From Thermoproteota archaeon (GTDB lineage Archaea; Thermoproteota; Thermoprotei; Gearchaeales; Gearchaeaceae), in NCBI GenBank assembly GCA_032249235.1, contig JAVVGF010000001.1, positions 1 to 64,000 of the forward strand: a stretch of DNA of 64,000 nucleotides, read 5' to 3'. The position numbers and the translations under genes were made by a program. This document shows, one piece after another, positions 19,204-29,751 of this stretch; position 1 is the stretch's first letter, and each line of letters starts with the position of its first letter. The notes below the pieces were generated by a model. The model searched no databases. It worked only from the letters and a program-made list of their open reading frames with translations, and was not told the origin of the DNA.

Positions 19204-20496
19204 ATGGACGATTTAATTAGCGAAGATAGTAAAGACAAATTTAAAGAAAAATTCCTATCTTCTATTCTTGGAAAGCATGAAGAGACTCTGAAAGCACCTT
19301 TGGATGGGATAATAGTAACCGATCTAACACATGCGGCTGCAGGCCCTTTCACCACAATGTTATTATCCGAATTAGGTGCTAAAGTAATAAAAATCGAATC
19401 CTTGATGGGAGACCAAACAAGAAAATGGGCACCTTTTGTTAAAGGCATGTCTTCTTATTTCATGAGCATGAATAAGAACAAGTATAGTATTGCGATAAAT
19501 TTGAAGAAAGAAGAAGGAAAGGAAATTCTGAAAAAGCTAATTAAAATAAGTGATGTTTTTATCGAAAATTTTCAACCTGGTGTAATAAAGAGATTGGGTT
19601 TTGGTTACGATGATGTTTCTGAGATGAATAGATCGATAATTTATTGTAGTATTTCAGGATACGGGCAGTATGGTCCTTGGAAAGAATATCCTGCATATGA
19701 TTTAACGATACTCGCTACAAGTGGTCATTTAAGTATAACTGGTGAGGAAGGAAGACCTCCTGTAAAATTCGGAGTCGCTATCGCTGATTTAACAGCTGCC
19801 TTCTTCGCTACTATAGCTATAATTTCTGCATTATATAAGAGATTAAAAACAGGTCAAGGTGAATATATCGATATTTCAATGTTCGATGCAAACTTACAAA
19901 CTCTTACATATCAAGCCTCTTATTATTTTGCTACACATGAAAATCCTAAAAGACTTGGTTCAGCACACCCTGGAATATGCCCTTATCAAGCTTTTGAAGT
20001 AAACGATGGATATGTTGTAATATGTGTTGGTAACGATAAAATGTGGCAAAGCTTTTGTAAAATAATAGATAGAGAAGACTTGATAAACAATCCCAAATTC
20101 AAAACAAACGAACTAAGAGTTATCAATAGGCAAGAATTGGTTGAGGAATTGAGTAAAACTTTGAAGAAATTTAAAAAACATGAAATAGTTGATATTTTAA
20201 TTAAAGCAGGAATACCTGCTGCATCTATTTTAAGTGTTAAAGAGGCTTTAGAAAATGAACATACAAAAGCTAGAAAGATGGTGAAAAGTTTACAAGCATC
20301 CTATGGAGACATTCTAGTGCTGGGATCTGCTTTTAAGTTTTTGAATTCAAGTGCAATTATAGCTAAAGCCCCTCCAATGCTAGGAGAAGATACTGATAAT
20401 ATCTTAAAAGCTTTGGGATATTCAGAAGAACAAATAAGAGAGCTGAAAGAAAAAGGAATTATAAATCCAGACGTTAAGAAAGATATTGAAATTTAA
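19204..20496 (+). CDS. Family III CoA-transferase (CaiB/BaiF)
   Basis: DLTHAAAGP, GAKVIKIE, ENFQPG, SISGYGQYGP and PPMLGE motifs. Confidence 0.92.
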   Translation: MDDLISEDSKDKFKEKFLSSILGKHEETLKAPLDGIIVTDLTHAAAGPFTTMLLSELGAKVIKIESLMGDQTRKWAPFVKGMSSYFMSMNKNKYSIAINLKKEEGKEILKKLIKISDVFIENFQPGVIKRLGFGYDDVSEMNRSIIYCSISGYGQYGPWKEYPAYDLTILATSGHLSITGEEGRPPVKFGVAIADLTAAFFATIAIISALYKRLKTGQGEYIDISMFDANLQTLTYQASYYFATHENPKRLGSAHPGICPYQAFEVNDGYVVICVGNDKMWQSFCKIIDREDLINNPKFKTNELRVINRQELVEELSKTLKKFKKHEIVDILIKAGIPAASILSVKEALENEHTKARKMVKSLQASYGDILVLGSAFKFLNSSAIIAKAPPMLGEDTDNILKALGYSEEQIRELKEKGIINPDVKKDIEI

Positions 20497-20805
20497 GAGT
20501 AATAATATCAAAAGTAAATATATAGTAGTTAAGGTCTTTATTTTAAAATAACTTTTATGATATTATTCTAATTTAAATTCTCTATTAATTAAATAACTAA
20601 GATCTTATTTTTTTATATAGAAGTATCGATATTTATAAATATAGCTTCTTCTTATATCTTTTTATTTAGCATATTGGTAAATAGTAACTATGTAATCATT
20701 ACTTTCTAAGATGCTTCACATCGATAGTTAATGAGAATTCTGCTTATTTCTTTCTTCTTTGATAATTTTAAATATCTTTAATTTATGTTTCCGTAAATTT
20801 ATTTA

Positions 20806-21336
20806 ATGGCAAGATTTTACGTGGTCAGTGGAGGTCCTTGTTCAGGTAAGACTACGCTCATCAAATATCTTGAATCAAAAGGCTTTCCTGTTTTACATGA
20901 AACTGCAAGGAAACTTGTTGAAAAAGGCATTTTGAAGAAAGAGGATTTTTTAGACAAAAATAAAAGAGATTTCATTCAAAGAGTTATTTTCAAAGAACAA
21001 ATCAGAGCTGAAGAATCTGTTCTTTCTTATCCTTTTGTATTTCTAGATAGAAGTGTAGTTGATGGGATTGCATATTACTGGATTATAAATCTTGAACCTC
21101 CTAGAGAAATGATAGAAATCGCTTCAAAGAGAAATTACGAATGTATTTTCATACTTGAGCAATTAGATAAATTTGAAAAAGATGAGGTAAGATATGAAGA
21201 GCCTGAAGAAGCTAAAAAAGTCCATGAACTTATTGTAAGAGCATATAACATGCTAGGCTATAAAACTATTAGGATCCCTGTTATGCCTGTAAAAGACAGA
21301 GCGATTTTAATCTTAAAGAATATTGAACTATTATAG
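20806..21336 (+). CDS. AAA_28/NadR-like P-loop ATPase or kinase
   Basis: GGPCSGKTT, FLDRSVVD and DEVRYE motifs. Confidence 0.82.
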   Translation: MARFYVVSGGPCSGKTTLIKYLESKGFPVLHETARKLVEKGILKKEDFLDKNKRDFIQRVIFKEQIRAEESVLSYPFVFLDRSVVDGIAYYWIINLEPPREMIEIASKRNYECIFILEQLDKFEKDEVRYEEPEEAKKVHELIVRAYNMLGYKTIRIPVMPVKDRAILILKNIELL

Positions 21337-21387
21337 GAATATTCTATTACTAGAATTTAAATAGGGAATTTTAAGTTATAAGCTAAA

Positions 21388-22116
21388 TTGACGCTCCATT
21401 ATGAAATTGAACCTACATCAAAGAGAGAAAAATTAGTAGAACAATTTCTAAAATTAAAGGGTTTAGTCGATAAAATAAATGTTCCCGAAAATCCTCTCGG
21501 TCAGCTTAAGCCTTCTTCATTGGCGATTTCTATATTAGCAAAAGAATTGGGACTTGAACCTGTTTTGCATTTGAGAACAAGAGATAGGAATTTTTTGAAT
21601 CTTAAATCCGAAATTTATGGTGCAATAATCTTTGATATAAAAGATATTTTGATAGTAAAAGGTGATGCGAAAGAAGATAAAGAGTATGAAATAAAAAATG
21701 AAGAAAAATTAGAAATAATTGCTGAAAAACTCAAGGCGGATGAAAAAATTTCTAAGCTACGAATAGGTCTTCCTTTGATTAAGCTAGATATATACAATGA
21801 AAGCGTAAAAACTCGCTTAGCTTCATGCGCAGATTTCTTCGTAACGCTTCAAGTTAATAGCCCTGAAGATATTCCAGGAGAATTATTAGACTATGCAAAA
21901 AAGAACAATAAAAAAATTCAATCTTATTATTTGCTAATTTCAGACAACAATAAATCTTATCTTAAATCTTTAGGTTTTGAAATCAAGGAGAAAAGCATAA
22001 AGGAGTATATTGAAGACGTTACAATTCTTGAGAACATGCTCGATGCAGTTATTTTGTCATGTCCAAGGGATTTTAACTTTTTGTTAGATTTCTTGAATAA
22101 GTATAATAAAAGATGA
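21388..22116 (+). CDS. Methylenetetrahydrofolate reductase family protein
   Basis: INVPENPLG, HLRTRDRN, ILIVKGD and ADFFVT motifs; upstream of the metE genes. Confidence 0.75.
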   Translation: MTLHYEIEPTSKREKLVEQFLKLKGLVDKINVPENPLGQLKPSSLAISILAKELGLEPVLHLRTRDRNFLNLKSEIYGAIIFDIKDILIVKGDAKEDKEYEIKNEEKLEIIAEKLKADEKISKLRIGLPLIKLDIYNESVKTRLASCADFFVTLQVNSPEDIPGELLDYAKKNNKKIQSYYLLISDNNKSYLKSLGFEIKEKSIKEYIEDVTILENMLDAVILSCPRDFNFLLDFLNKYNKR

Positions 22117-23054
22117 AGATCCAATCTTTTTTAACAGGTTTATTTCCGAGGAGTAAAGAATTAAGAAAGGCTATTAGAGCCTATCAGAAGAAAGAGATAA
22201 ATAAAGAAGATCTAGAAAAGGTATATTCTAGCGAAGCTAACAAATTGATAGAGATACAAAAAGAATTAGGAATTTCATATTATCAAGAAGGAATGCTCAA
22301 ATGGCAAGACTTATTAAGACCTCTATGTAATTATCATGGTATTCAAGAAGGCACTCTAATAAGATGGTTTGAAACAAACTTCTTTTACAGAATGCCTATC
22401 ATTAAAGATAAGATTAAATATGAAGAACCTGTGCTAAGAGAATTTTATTGTCTTGATACTTTAAAAGGAGCGAATAAAGTTATGATTCCCATTCCTGACC
22501 CTTTAACCTTTGCAATTCTTTCTGAGAATTATCATTATTCAAGGATAAAAGATTTGGTTGATGATATTTCTGAGGTGATTATTGATGATATTTCTAATAT
22601 CAAAATTAATATTGATGCTTTTCAAGTTATTTCTCCTGCAATAGGATATTATGAGTTAGATGATGAAGATTTGAAATCGTATAATGATTTTCTGAAAAAA
22701 CTAAGGTATTTCAACAAAAAAATTATTGTTCATTTTAGTTTTATAAGACATCCTTCTTTCCTGTCGAAAATTCAAGATTATGATATTCTTTCTTTGGATC
22801 TTTGTTATGGAGATAGAGAGAAAATAATCAAGGCAATACCTAATTGTAATGCTCTTTCTCTTGGTTTAATAGATGTTTCTACATCGTTGATTGAAGAGGC
22901 TTCTTATTTATTGAAAGAAATAAAGCGAATTTCAAATTACAAAAAGCTTAGCGAATTATACATAACGAATTCATCTGATTTAGATCTATTACCTTATGAG
23001 AAAGCAATTGAAAAAATTAAAGTCATTAAAGAGGTTCTAAATCATGAGCTCTGA
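22113..23054 (+). CDS. Split cobalamin-independent methionine synthase, N-terminal (non-catalytic) half
   Basis: GLFPRSKEL, EGMLKWQD, RWFETNFFYRMP and DLLPYEKAIEK motifs. Confidence 0.8.
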   Translation: MKIQSFLTGLFPRSKELRKAIRAYQKKEINKEDLEKVYSSEANKLIEIQKELGISYYQEGMLKWQDLLRPLCNYHGIQEGTLIRWFETNFFYRMPIIKDKIKYEEPVLREFYCLDTLKGANKVMIPIPDPLTFAILSENYHYSRIKDLVDDISEVIIDDISNIKINIDAFQVISPAIGYYELDDEDLKSYNDFLKKLRYFNKKIIVHFSFIRHPSFLSKIQDYDILSLDLCYGDREKIIKAIPNCNALSLGLIDVSTSLIEEASYLLKEIKRISNYKKLSELYITNSSDLDLLPYEKAIEKIKVIKEVLNHEL

Positions 23055-24183
23055 AATTTTGCAAACTCAAGAAATAGGTAGCTTATCAAGGCATAAAATG
23101 TTCAAAGAAGAGTTGACTGAAAGCGAAAAGAAAGAAATCATCCAGGAAGGATTGGAACTAGGAGTAGAAAACATTGAAGAACTTGAAGATTTACTCAACA
23201 AAGGAGGTTATAAAACTTATAAAGATAAGATAGAAGAATTTGCTTCTCTTTTCGCTATAAGGATGTTCGAAAAAGTAGGCTTAGATATAATATTTAATGG
23301 TGAACAGCCAAGAAAAGAAATGTATCATTACCCACTCCAATTCATCAAAGGATTTAGATTCGTAGGTGAAGCAAGAGTTTTTGACAATCAATACTTTCCG
23401 AGAGCTGAGATCTTTGAAGAACCTATATTAATAGAGCCTTATCACTTAAAAGAGTTTCTTTTCGTCAAATCTAAGACAAAAAAGAAAATCAAAATACCAA
23501 TAACAGGAGCATATACGCTTGCAGACTGGTCTTATAATTTATTTTATCAGAAAAAATGGATAGGTAAGCTGAATGATTATTATAAGGAGAAATATGAAGC
23601 TAAAAGAGAGCTAGCTATAGAACTTGCTAGGAAAATCATAAGGAAAAATATCTTAGCATTGGTAGAAAACGGTGCTGAAATAATACAAATTGATGAACCT
23701 GCCGCTACTACTGTGCCAGAGGAAATACCAATATTTGTCGAAACTTTAATCGAATCAACAAAAGGTATCAATTGTAAATTCAACGTTCATATTTGCTTTT
23801 CAAGGGATTATAGAATGCTTTTCCCAAGTATACTCGAAGCAAAAAATGTTTCTCAACTTGCTTTAGAAATGGCTAATAGAGATACAAAAGAATTAGGATT
23901 AGAACGAAATATAAGGAAAGGATATTCTTTTCTTGAATTTTTCAAGGACTATTCTAATGAATTAGAAATTGGCTTAGGCGTTATCGACGTTCATACAGAT
24001 TTCATTGAACCTGTCGATCTAATTAAAGATAGAATAAGATATGCGATTAAACTCCTTAAAGATCCTACTAAAATATATATAAATCCTGATTGTGGCTTGA
24101 GAACCAGAACATGGAAAGTTGCTAGGGCTAAACTAGAGAACATGGTTAAGGCTGTAAAAGAATTAAGAAAAGAATTTTCATAA
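23044..24183 (+). CDS. metE: Split cobalamin-independent methionine synthase, catalytic Zn half
   Basis: TQEIGSL, IQIDEPA, VHICF, GVIDVH and INPDCGLRT motifs. Confidence 0.88.
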   Translation: MSSEILQTQEIGSLSRHKMFKEELTESEKKEIIQEGLELGVENIEELEDLLNKGGYKTYKDKIEEFASLFAIRMFEKVGLDIIFNGEQPRKEMYHYPLQFIKGFRFVGEARVFDNQYFPRAEIFEEPILIEPYHLKEFLFVKSKTKKKIKIPITGAYTLADWSYNLFYQKKWIGKLNDYYKEKYEAKRELAIELARKIIRKNILALVENGAEIIQIDEPAATTVPEEIPIFVETLIESTKGINCKFNVHICFSRDYRMLFPSILEAKNVSQLALEMANRDTKELGLERNIRKGYSFLEFFKDYSNELEIGLGVIDVHTDFIEPVDLIKDRIRYAIKLLKDPTKIYINPDCGLRTRTWKVARAKLENMVKAVKELRKEFS

Positions 24184-24236
24184 CAAAGCTATATTTCTTA
24201 GAAAAACTTTTAACCTTATAACAAGAGATTTCTACG

Positions 24237-25751
24237 ATGTTTGTAAGCATAACTAATGAGATTGCAATTGATGAAGGCTCTATCTTCGCTGGTGGCTTAG
24301 GTGTTTTAGAAGGAGATAAATTTTATGCTATGGCGAGATTAAATAAAGAATATCTTGTCTTGACTCCTTTTTATCCAAAGGGTTATATAAGATATGAATT
24401 TAAAAATAATGATCCAATTCCAGTCGAAGATAATTTTCCAGAAACTTTGTTAGATAAGTTAAAAGAAATATATAAAACTAAAATCACATTAAAGGATTTC
24501 TCAGTAAATTTAGGTTATTATGAATATAAATTAAATACTGCCAGTATAGTATTCATAAAAATTTTGGATGATAAGTTAGCTAATGAGTATTTAGGCAGAT
24601 TATATGACCATGGACAACAAAGAATTATGTTTTATAGGTATCTTATCATATCAAAGGCCTGTCTTGATTTTCTTAGCAACTATATTGGTTTTAAAAATAT
24701 CGATGTTATAGATATACAAGAGTCTTTCTTTGCCTTTCTTCCATTGTTTCTTATTGAGCTTGATGAAAGGCCTAAAATAAGATTAATTCTTCATACTCCT
24801 GTTCCTTGGGGGCATCCCAGTTTTTCTAGGGATCTTTTCAAAAATGAAATGCAATATGAGTTCATAGAAAGAGAAGTTAACATGACTACTTTAGCAGCCT
24901 CACTTTGCGATGAGATAATCACTGTGAGCAAAAAACATGAAGAGGTATCTAAAAAAATGTTACCACATTTCTCAAGAAAAATAAGACATGTAACGAATGG
25001 AATAGAAATATATCGATGGATGGATCCAGAGTTGCTCAAACATTATCAAAATAATACATTGAGCATTGAGAATTTGAAAAGTATCAAAGCGAGAGCTAAA
25101 TCGAATTTCTTAGATTTCCTGAAGAATTACAAAGAATTAAAAAAGGAAAATATGCTGATTTCATGGACTAGAAGGACAGTTACATACAAAAGACCGTATT
25201 TCATATTGAATTTCATCGAAGAAAATCCAGACTTAAATGTAAATTTCATCTTAGCAGGAAAGACAGATCCTAGAGATAACGAGGGACTTTCTTATATGAA
25301 AAGAATGAAAGAGATTAGTGAAAGATATTCGAATGTTGTATATATCTGGAAATATGATACAAATTTGGCTAAAATGGTTTTTCAAGCCTCAGATTTAATA
25401 TTGTTTACACCTATTTCGGGCTGGGAAGCCAGTGGTACTTCTATGATGAAAGCAGGGATTAACGGAACGCCTACTTTGTCATCTAAAGATGGGGCATCTT
25501 TAGAACTAATAAAAGATGGCTATAATGGATGGTTTTTTGGAGAGGAATTAAGAGAGCTCATAACACCAGGCTCTCCAAAAGCTTGGGAAGTAGATTCTCA
25601 TGACTTTCAGGATTTCAGTAAAAAAATGAAAATGATTATTGATATATGGAATAAAGATAAGGATAAGTTTTATGAAATAGCCTTAAATGCCATTCTTTCT
25701 TTTGTACCATTTGTTTCAGCAGATAGAATGTTGAAGGAATATTATGGATAA
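24237..25751 (+). CDS. glgP: Alpha-glucan (glycogen) phosphorylase, short archaeal form
   Basis: AGGLGVLEGD, HTPVPWGH, HVTNG and WEASGTSMMKAGING (PLP Lys) motifs. Confidence 0.88.
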   Translation: MFVSITNEIAIDEGSIFAGGLGVLEGDKFYAMARLNKEYLVLTPFYPKGYIRYEFKNNDPIPVEDNFPETLLDKLKEIYKTKITLKDFSVNLGYYEYKLNTASIVFIKILDDKLANEYLGRLYDHGQQRIMFYRYLIISKACLDFLSNYIGFKNIDVIDIQESFFAFLPLFLIELDERPKIRLILHTPVPWGHPSFSRDLFKNEMQYEFIEREVNMTTLAASLCDEIITVSKKHEEVSKKMLPHFSRKIRHVTNGIEIYRWMDPELLKHYQNNTLSIENLKSIKARAKSNFLDFLKNYKELKKENMLISWTRRTVTYKRPYFILNFIEENPDLNVNFILAGKTDPRDNEGLSYMKRMKEISERYSNVVYIWKYDTNLAKMVFQASDLILFTPISGWEASGTSMMKAGINGTPTLSSKDGASLELIKDGYNGWFFGEELRELITPGSPKAWEVDSHDFQDFSKKMKMIIDIWNKDKDKFYEIALNAILSFVPFVSADRMLKEYYG

Positions 25752-25787
25752 GAATATTTAAAAATATTAACAAATATTTAGTTAAGT

Positions 25788-25861
25788 GCCGGCCTAGCTC
25801 AGCCCGGTAGAGCACCCGGCTGTTAACCGGGGGGTCATGGGTTCAAATCCCATGGCCGGCG
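25788..25861 (+). tRNA. tRNA-Asn(GTT)
   Basis: Acceptor GCCGGCC/GGCCGGC, anticodon arm CCCGG-CTGTTAA-CCGGG, GGTTCAAATCC. Confidence 0.97.
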
Positions 25862-26881
25862 CTATCTTATGTAGAAATCTTTTACTCTTATTACATCAAA
25901 AGGATGCGGTGTGCTATATTCTTCTAGTAACAAATTCTCCTCAGCAACCAAGCTATGTATTGTTTTCGGTTTTATTCTAACAGGATTTCCTTGTACAAGC
26001 TTTTCTTTTCCTATTAGGTTTAGACTTTCATCATAGAATTCGACGAACCCAAAACCTTTAATTGTATTTATTGTTTCATCCTTTTCAACATGATAATGAA
26101 TCGAAGTTTTATACTCTGCTTTAATAAACAACTCTTTGACTAAGTATTTTTCGTTGTTTACTATTATCTTTTCATATCCCCATGGTTTATCTTCTCTGTT
26201 TTTATAATATTCTCTAACATATTCAAGATCTTTAATAGAATCTATTGAATGCCAGAAGACATCTTCCATGTAACATGCTATATTACCTTCACTTGCAGCT
26301 TTAGGGAATACCGTTCTTTCTATATCATTAAAATAATATTCATGTTTAAAGTAATCTAATGCTTCCCTCTTGAGATAATAAACACCTGCATTTATATAGT
26401 GCGGAAGAATTGGCTTTTCGAGAAAGTTTGTAATTTTTCCATCTTCTATGGATACAATACCATATGGGCTTTGCATTTTCGTTACTGCTATAATTATATG
26501 TTCTTTTCTTTTATTCGAGAATTCTATGAACTTCTTCAAATTAAAGTCATGAATTACATCACCGTTCATGATTACCATATCAGAATTGGTATTTTCTAAT
26601 GCATTCTTTATAGCGAAGTGTGTGCCCATAGGTTTATCTTCTATTAAGTACTTAAGCTTCAAATTTTTCCATTCATTTCCAAATCGCTCCATAATTTTCT
26701 CGTATAAATGTCCTACCATTAGATAGACTTCTTTTATTTCGCTATATCTTAGATCATTTAATTGCTTATCTAAAATCGTATAATTTTCTTTTATTTCAAT
26801 TAGAGCTTTAGGGAAATTATTTGTAAGTGGCTGAAGCCTTTTTCCATAACCTCCAGCTAATATACCACCGACTACGTTCAT
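25862..26881 (-). CDS. Sugar-phosphate nucleotidyltransferase with C-terminal cupin domain
   Basis: ILAGGYGKRLQPLT..PKAL, NGD, EKP and INAGVY motifs; KPWGYE...SIHYHVEKDET cupin. Confidence 0.88.
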   Translation of the reverse strand: MNVVGGILAGGYGKRLQPLTNNFPKALIEIKENYTILDKQLNDLRYSEIKEVYLMVGHLYEKIMERFGNEWKNLKLKYLIEDKPMGTHFAIKNALENTNSDMVIMNGDVIHDFNLKKFIEFSNKRKEHIIIAVTKMQSPYGIVSIEDGKITNFLEKPILPHYINAGVYYLKREALDYFKHEYYFNDIERTVFPKAASEGNIACYMEDVFWHSIDSIKDLEYVREYYKNREDKPWGYEKIIVNNEKYLVKELFIKAEYKTSIHYHVEKDETINTIKGFGFVEFYDESLNLIGKEKLVQGNPVRIKPKTIHSLVAEENLLLEEYSTPHPFDVIRVKDFYIR

Positions 26882-26905
26882 CGTTGATATTAACTATTAT
26901 TGCTT

Positions 26906-27226
26906 TTAAACCTTTTCTATCATTTTAAGTTTTCGTTTTATTTTCTTTAAAGTTCCACTTGTTAGCTCTATTTTTGCTTGAATATTAACATTTGATTTCC
27001 TAAGGAAAAATATGCTTGCTCTGAAATGGTCAGCAAATTCACTATTACATTTGAAAACTGCGATTCTGTTATTTTCATTAAAATATATCAATTTTAATTT
27101 TGAAAAAGAAAATGAAATGATACCATGTAAATTTTTAAAGGTATCTTCAATTGATTCTATCAAATCTTCCTTAGTAATATTGTTAAAAATCTTTACAATA
27201 AAATATCTTTGTTTATATCGTTTCAT
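26906..27226 (-). CDS. rnp2: RNase P protein Pop5/Rpp14
   Basis: KQRYFIV and TSGTLKK motifs; next to Rpp30. Confidence 0.82.
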   Translation of the reverse strand: MKRYKQRYFIVKIFNNITKEDLIESIEDTFKNLHGIISFSFSKLKLIYFNENNRIAVFKCNSEFADHFRASIFFLRKSNVNIQAKIELTSGTLKKIKRKLKMIEKV

Positions 27227-27821
27227 ATAGGAAAAGATTACTTAAGTTTTCCTTAGTCGTAATTTTATCTACATTTTCTACATTTATGCATTTCAAAAAA
27301 CTCAATATTTCCCTAGGTGCTCTAATGTCTACTTTACTTCTAGCTCCTGAAGAAATGAAAGGAGTTAAATCTTTTTTCAAACAGATAGCCATTATTTCTT
27401 TGAATTTTGGTAAAACATGAAGGAGTTCGGAGAAATTTAGCTTCAAAAATTCTGAATAAAAAAATTCCAATCTAGTTTTTCTTTGAGATAAAAAATTTAT
27501 CAATTCTTTATCAATCTCATAAATTTTATCAATATTTACACTAACAACATCTATTCTATATCTTTTTATAAAGTTTATAGTCTCTTTTTTATTAGTAAAT
27601 TCATAAGTGTATATTATTTTTTCTATTCTCTTAGGAGAGTATTTATTTGATCTTATAACATATTCCATATTTAAACTTTTACATATATCTATAACTTTAT
27701 TAACATTTTCATCTTCAATAAAACCAATAATGGAATATCCAAAATCTTTTGCTGTAGATATAATATTATTAGCTTCTTCTAAGTTGATTGGTTTAATAAA
27801 AATATCAATGAACTTTTTCAT
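27213..27821 (-). CDS. rnp3: RNase P protein Rpp30
   Basis: ISSGARSKVDIRAPRE motif; conserved gene context. Confidence 0.8.
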   Translation of the reverse strand: MKKFIDIFIKPINLEEANNIISTAKDFGYSIIGFIEDENVNKVIDICKSLNMEYVIRSNKYSPKRIEKIIYTYEFTNKKETINFIKRYRIDVVSVNIDKIYEIDKELINFLSQRKTRLEFFYSEFLKLNFSELLHVLPKFKEIMAICLKKDLTPFISSGARSKVDIRAPREILSFLKCINVENVDKITTKENLSNLFLYETI

Positions 27822-28245
27822 ATAATAAATTTTTTATAATGTTTTTTAGTTCTTTTTTATTTCCGCTAAAACTAATCACTACTTTAATGATATCATCGAA
27901 GTCTGATAGTATAATTTCTCCAAGAAAGGCTTTTTGTTTATCGAATCTCAAATGCACTCTCCCTTTCTCATCAGTTCTTTCATCTAGAATATTTATCAAG
28001 AATTGTTTATCGATTTCTTTGAGTTTTGAAGATAAATTTCTTAAAAACAATTCAGCTTCTTCATCATTCAATTCATATTCTATATTTATAATCGGATTAC
28101 GCCAATGTCCAAAGAGTTTTTTAATTATAGGTTTGCCAGGATCAAAGCTAATTAAGTTTATCATAGCCTTTTTAACTTTTTCTTCATCTTCTGTAGCATG
28201 CGAAAAACTACCAATGATTATTCTTAAACCGCTTCTAAAACCCAT
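27805..28245 (-). CDS. Exosome-associated RNA-binding protein (COG1325)
   Basis: HATEDEEKVKKA, GHWRNPI and LRFDKQKA motifs. Confidence 0.88.
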   Translation of the reverse strand: MGFRSGLRIIIGSFSHATEDEEKVKKAMINLISFDPGKPIIKKLFGHWRNPIINIEYELNDEEAELFLRNLSSKLKEIDKQFLINILDERTDEKGRVHLRFDKQKAFLGEIILSDFDDIIKVVISFSGNKKELKNIIKNLLYEKVH

Positions 28246-28297
28246 TCTAAACTAAGTATATAAACTACTTACCATCTTATATTGATAGATAGGAGAT

Positions 28298-29023
28298 ATG
28301 TTTTCACCTCCTAGTATGGGATATGATAGGGCAATAACTATATTTTCACCAGACGGTAGGCTTTATCAAGTAGAGTATGCTTTAGAAGCAGTAAAAAGAG
28401 GTCTAACGACACTTGGAATTGTGTGCAAAGACGGTGCAGTTTTAGTTGCAGAAAGGAGGAAATTTTCTCCTCTTCTTGATGAGAATACAGTTGAAAAAAT
28501 CGTGAAAATTGATGATCATATTGCTTTTGCATATGCAGGCTTAGGTCCTGATGCTAGAATATTAATGGAGCAAGCTAGAACAGATGCTCAAATACATCGC
28601 TTGCTTTATGATGAAGCCATTCCTCCAGAGACTTTGGTTAGAAGAATATGCGATATAAAGCATACTTACACAATGTATGGCGGCGCAAGACCTTTTGGTG
28701 TCGCATTTTTAGTTATTGGAATAGATAATGATAGACCAGTGTTGTTAGGCACAGAACCTGGTGGAGCATATGCAGGATATAAAGCATACGTTTTAGGCGC
28801 GGGTTCACAAGCTGCACAAGAGATTTTAGAGAAAGAATTAAAGGATAAAGAACTTACACTTGAAGAAGGAATTATTTTAGCTTTGGATATTCTAAGAAGA
28901 GTTAGTGAAAGAACTTTGACAGCTGAAGAAATAGAGGTAGGTATAATAGATGTTAAAACTAAAAAGTTTAGAAAGTTAACTAAAGAAGAAATTGCTAATT
29001 ATTTAGCTCAAATTAAAAAGTAA
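28298..29023 (+). CDS. psmA: Proteasome alpha subunit
   Basis: GYDRAITIFSPDGRLYQVEYA and RPFGVA motifs; GGAG Shine-Dalgarno upstream. Confidence 0.97.
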   Translation: MFSPPSMGYDRAITIFSPDGRLYQVEYALEAVKRGLTTLGIVCKDGAVLVAERRKFSPLLDENTVEKIVKIDDHIAFAYAGLGPDARILMEQARTDAQIHRLLYDEAIPPETLVRRICDIKHTYTMYGGARPFGVAFLVIGIDNDRPVLLGTEPGGAYAGYKAYVLGAGSQAAQEILEKELKDKELTLEEGIILALDILRRVSERTLTAEEIEVGIIDVKTKKFRKLTKEEIANYLAQIKK

Positions 29024-29058
29024 AACAAATAAGCTCAGATTTTTTTATTCTTATATTC

Positions 29059-29751
29059 ATGCCTAAAGTGGTAGCTAGATATATATCACATGGAGAAAAA
29101 TTCGAGATCATTGTAGATTCTGAATTAGCTTGGGAATATAGGCTAGGTAAGAGAAACACTTTAGATAACGTATTGGAATCAGATATAATCTATAAGGATG
29201 CAAATAAAGGTGAAAAAGCACCAGCAAGCTTACTTCAAAAGGTATTTAATACTACAGATCCAGTTAAGATTGCTGACATTATAATCAAAAGAGGAGACTT
29301 GCCTATAACTGCTGAAAGAAGAAATAAACTGATTGAAGAAAATAAGAAAAGAATAATCGATATAATTGCAAGGAATTGTATAGATACAAGAACTAATGCA
29401 CCTTTGCCTCCTTCTAGAATAGAGTTAGCATTAGAAGAAGCAAAAGTTAAAATCGACCCATTCAAGGATCCTGAAACGCAAGCTGCTGAAATAATAAAAC
29501 AATTGAAGAAAATATTACCGATAAAGGAATCTAAAGCTTTAATAGCTCTTAAAATACCTGCAGAATTCGCGAGTAAAATCTATAATCAAGTAATCACTAA
29601 ATCTTCTACTGTAATAAAGTCTGAATGGAAAAGCGATGGGTCTTGGGAAGGAGAAATTGAAATACCTGCAGGTATACAACAAAGCTTAATAAACAAGTTA
29701 AATGAATTATCAAAAGGCAAAGTAATAATAAAGAGCATAAGAGTATCATGA
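29059..29751 (+). CDS. Ribosome maturation factor SBDS/Sdo1
   Basis: GEKFEI, IYKDANKGEKA and PPSRIELALEEA motifs. Confidence 0.95.
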   Translation: MPKVVARYISHGEKFEIIVDSELAWEYRLGKRNTLDNVLESDIIYKDANKGEKAPASLLQKVFNTTDPVKIADIIIKRGDLPITAERRNKLIEENKKRIIDIIARNCIDTRTNAPLPPSRIELALEEAKVKIDPFKDPETQAAEIIKQLKKILPIKESKALIALKIPAEFASKIYNQVITKSSTVIKSEWKSDGSWEGEIEIPAGIQQSLINKLNELSKGKVIIKSIRVS

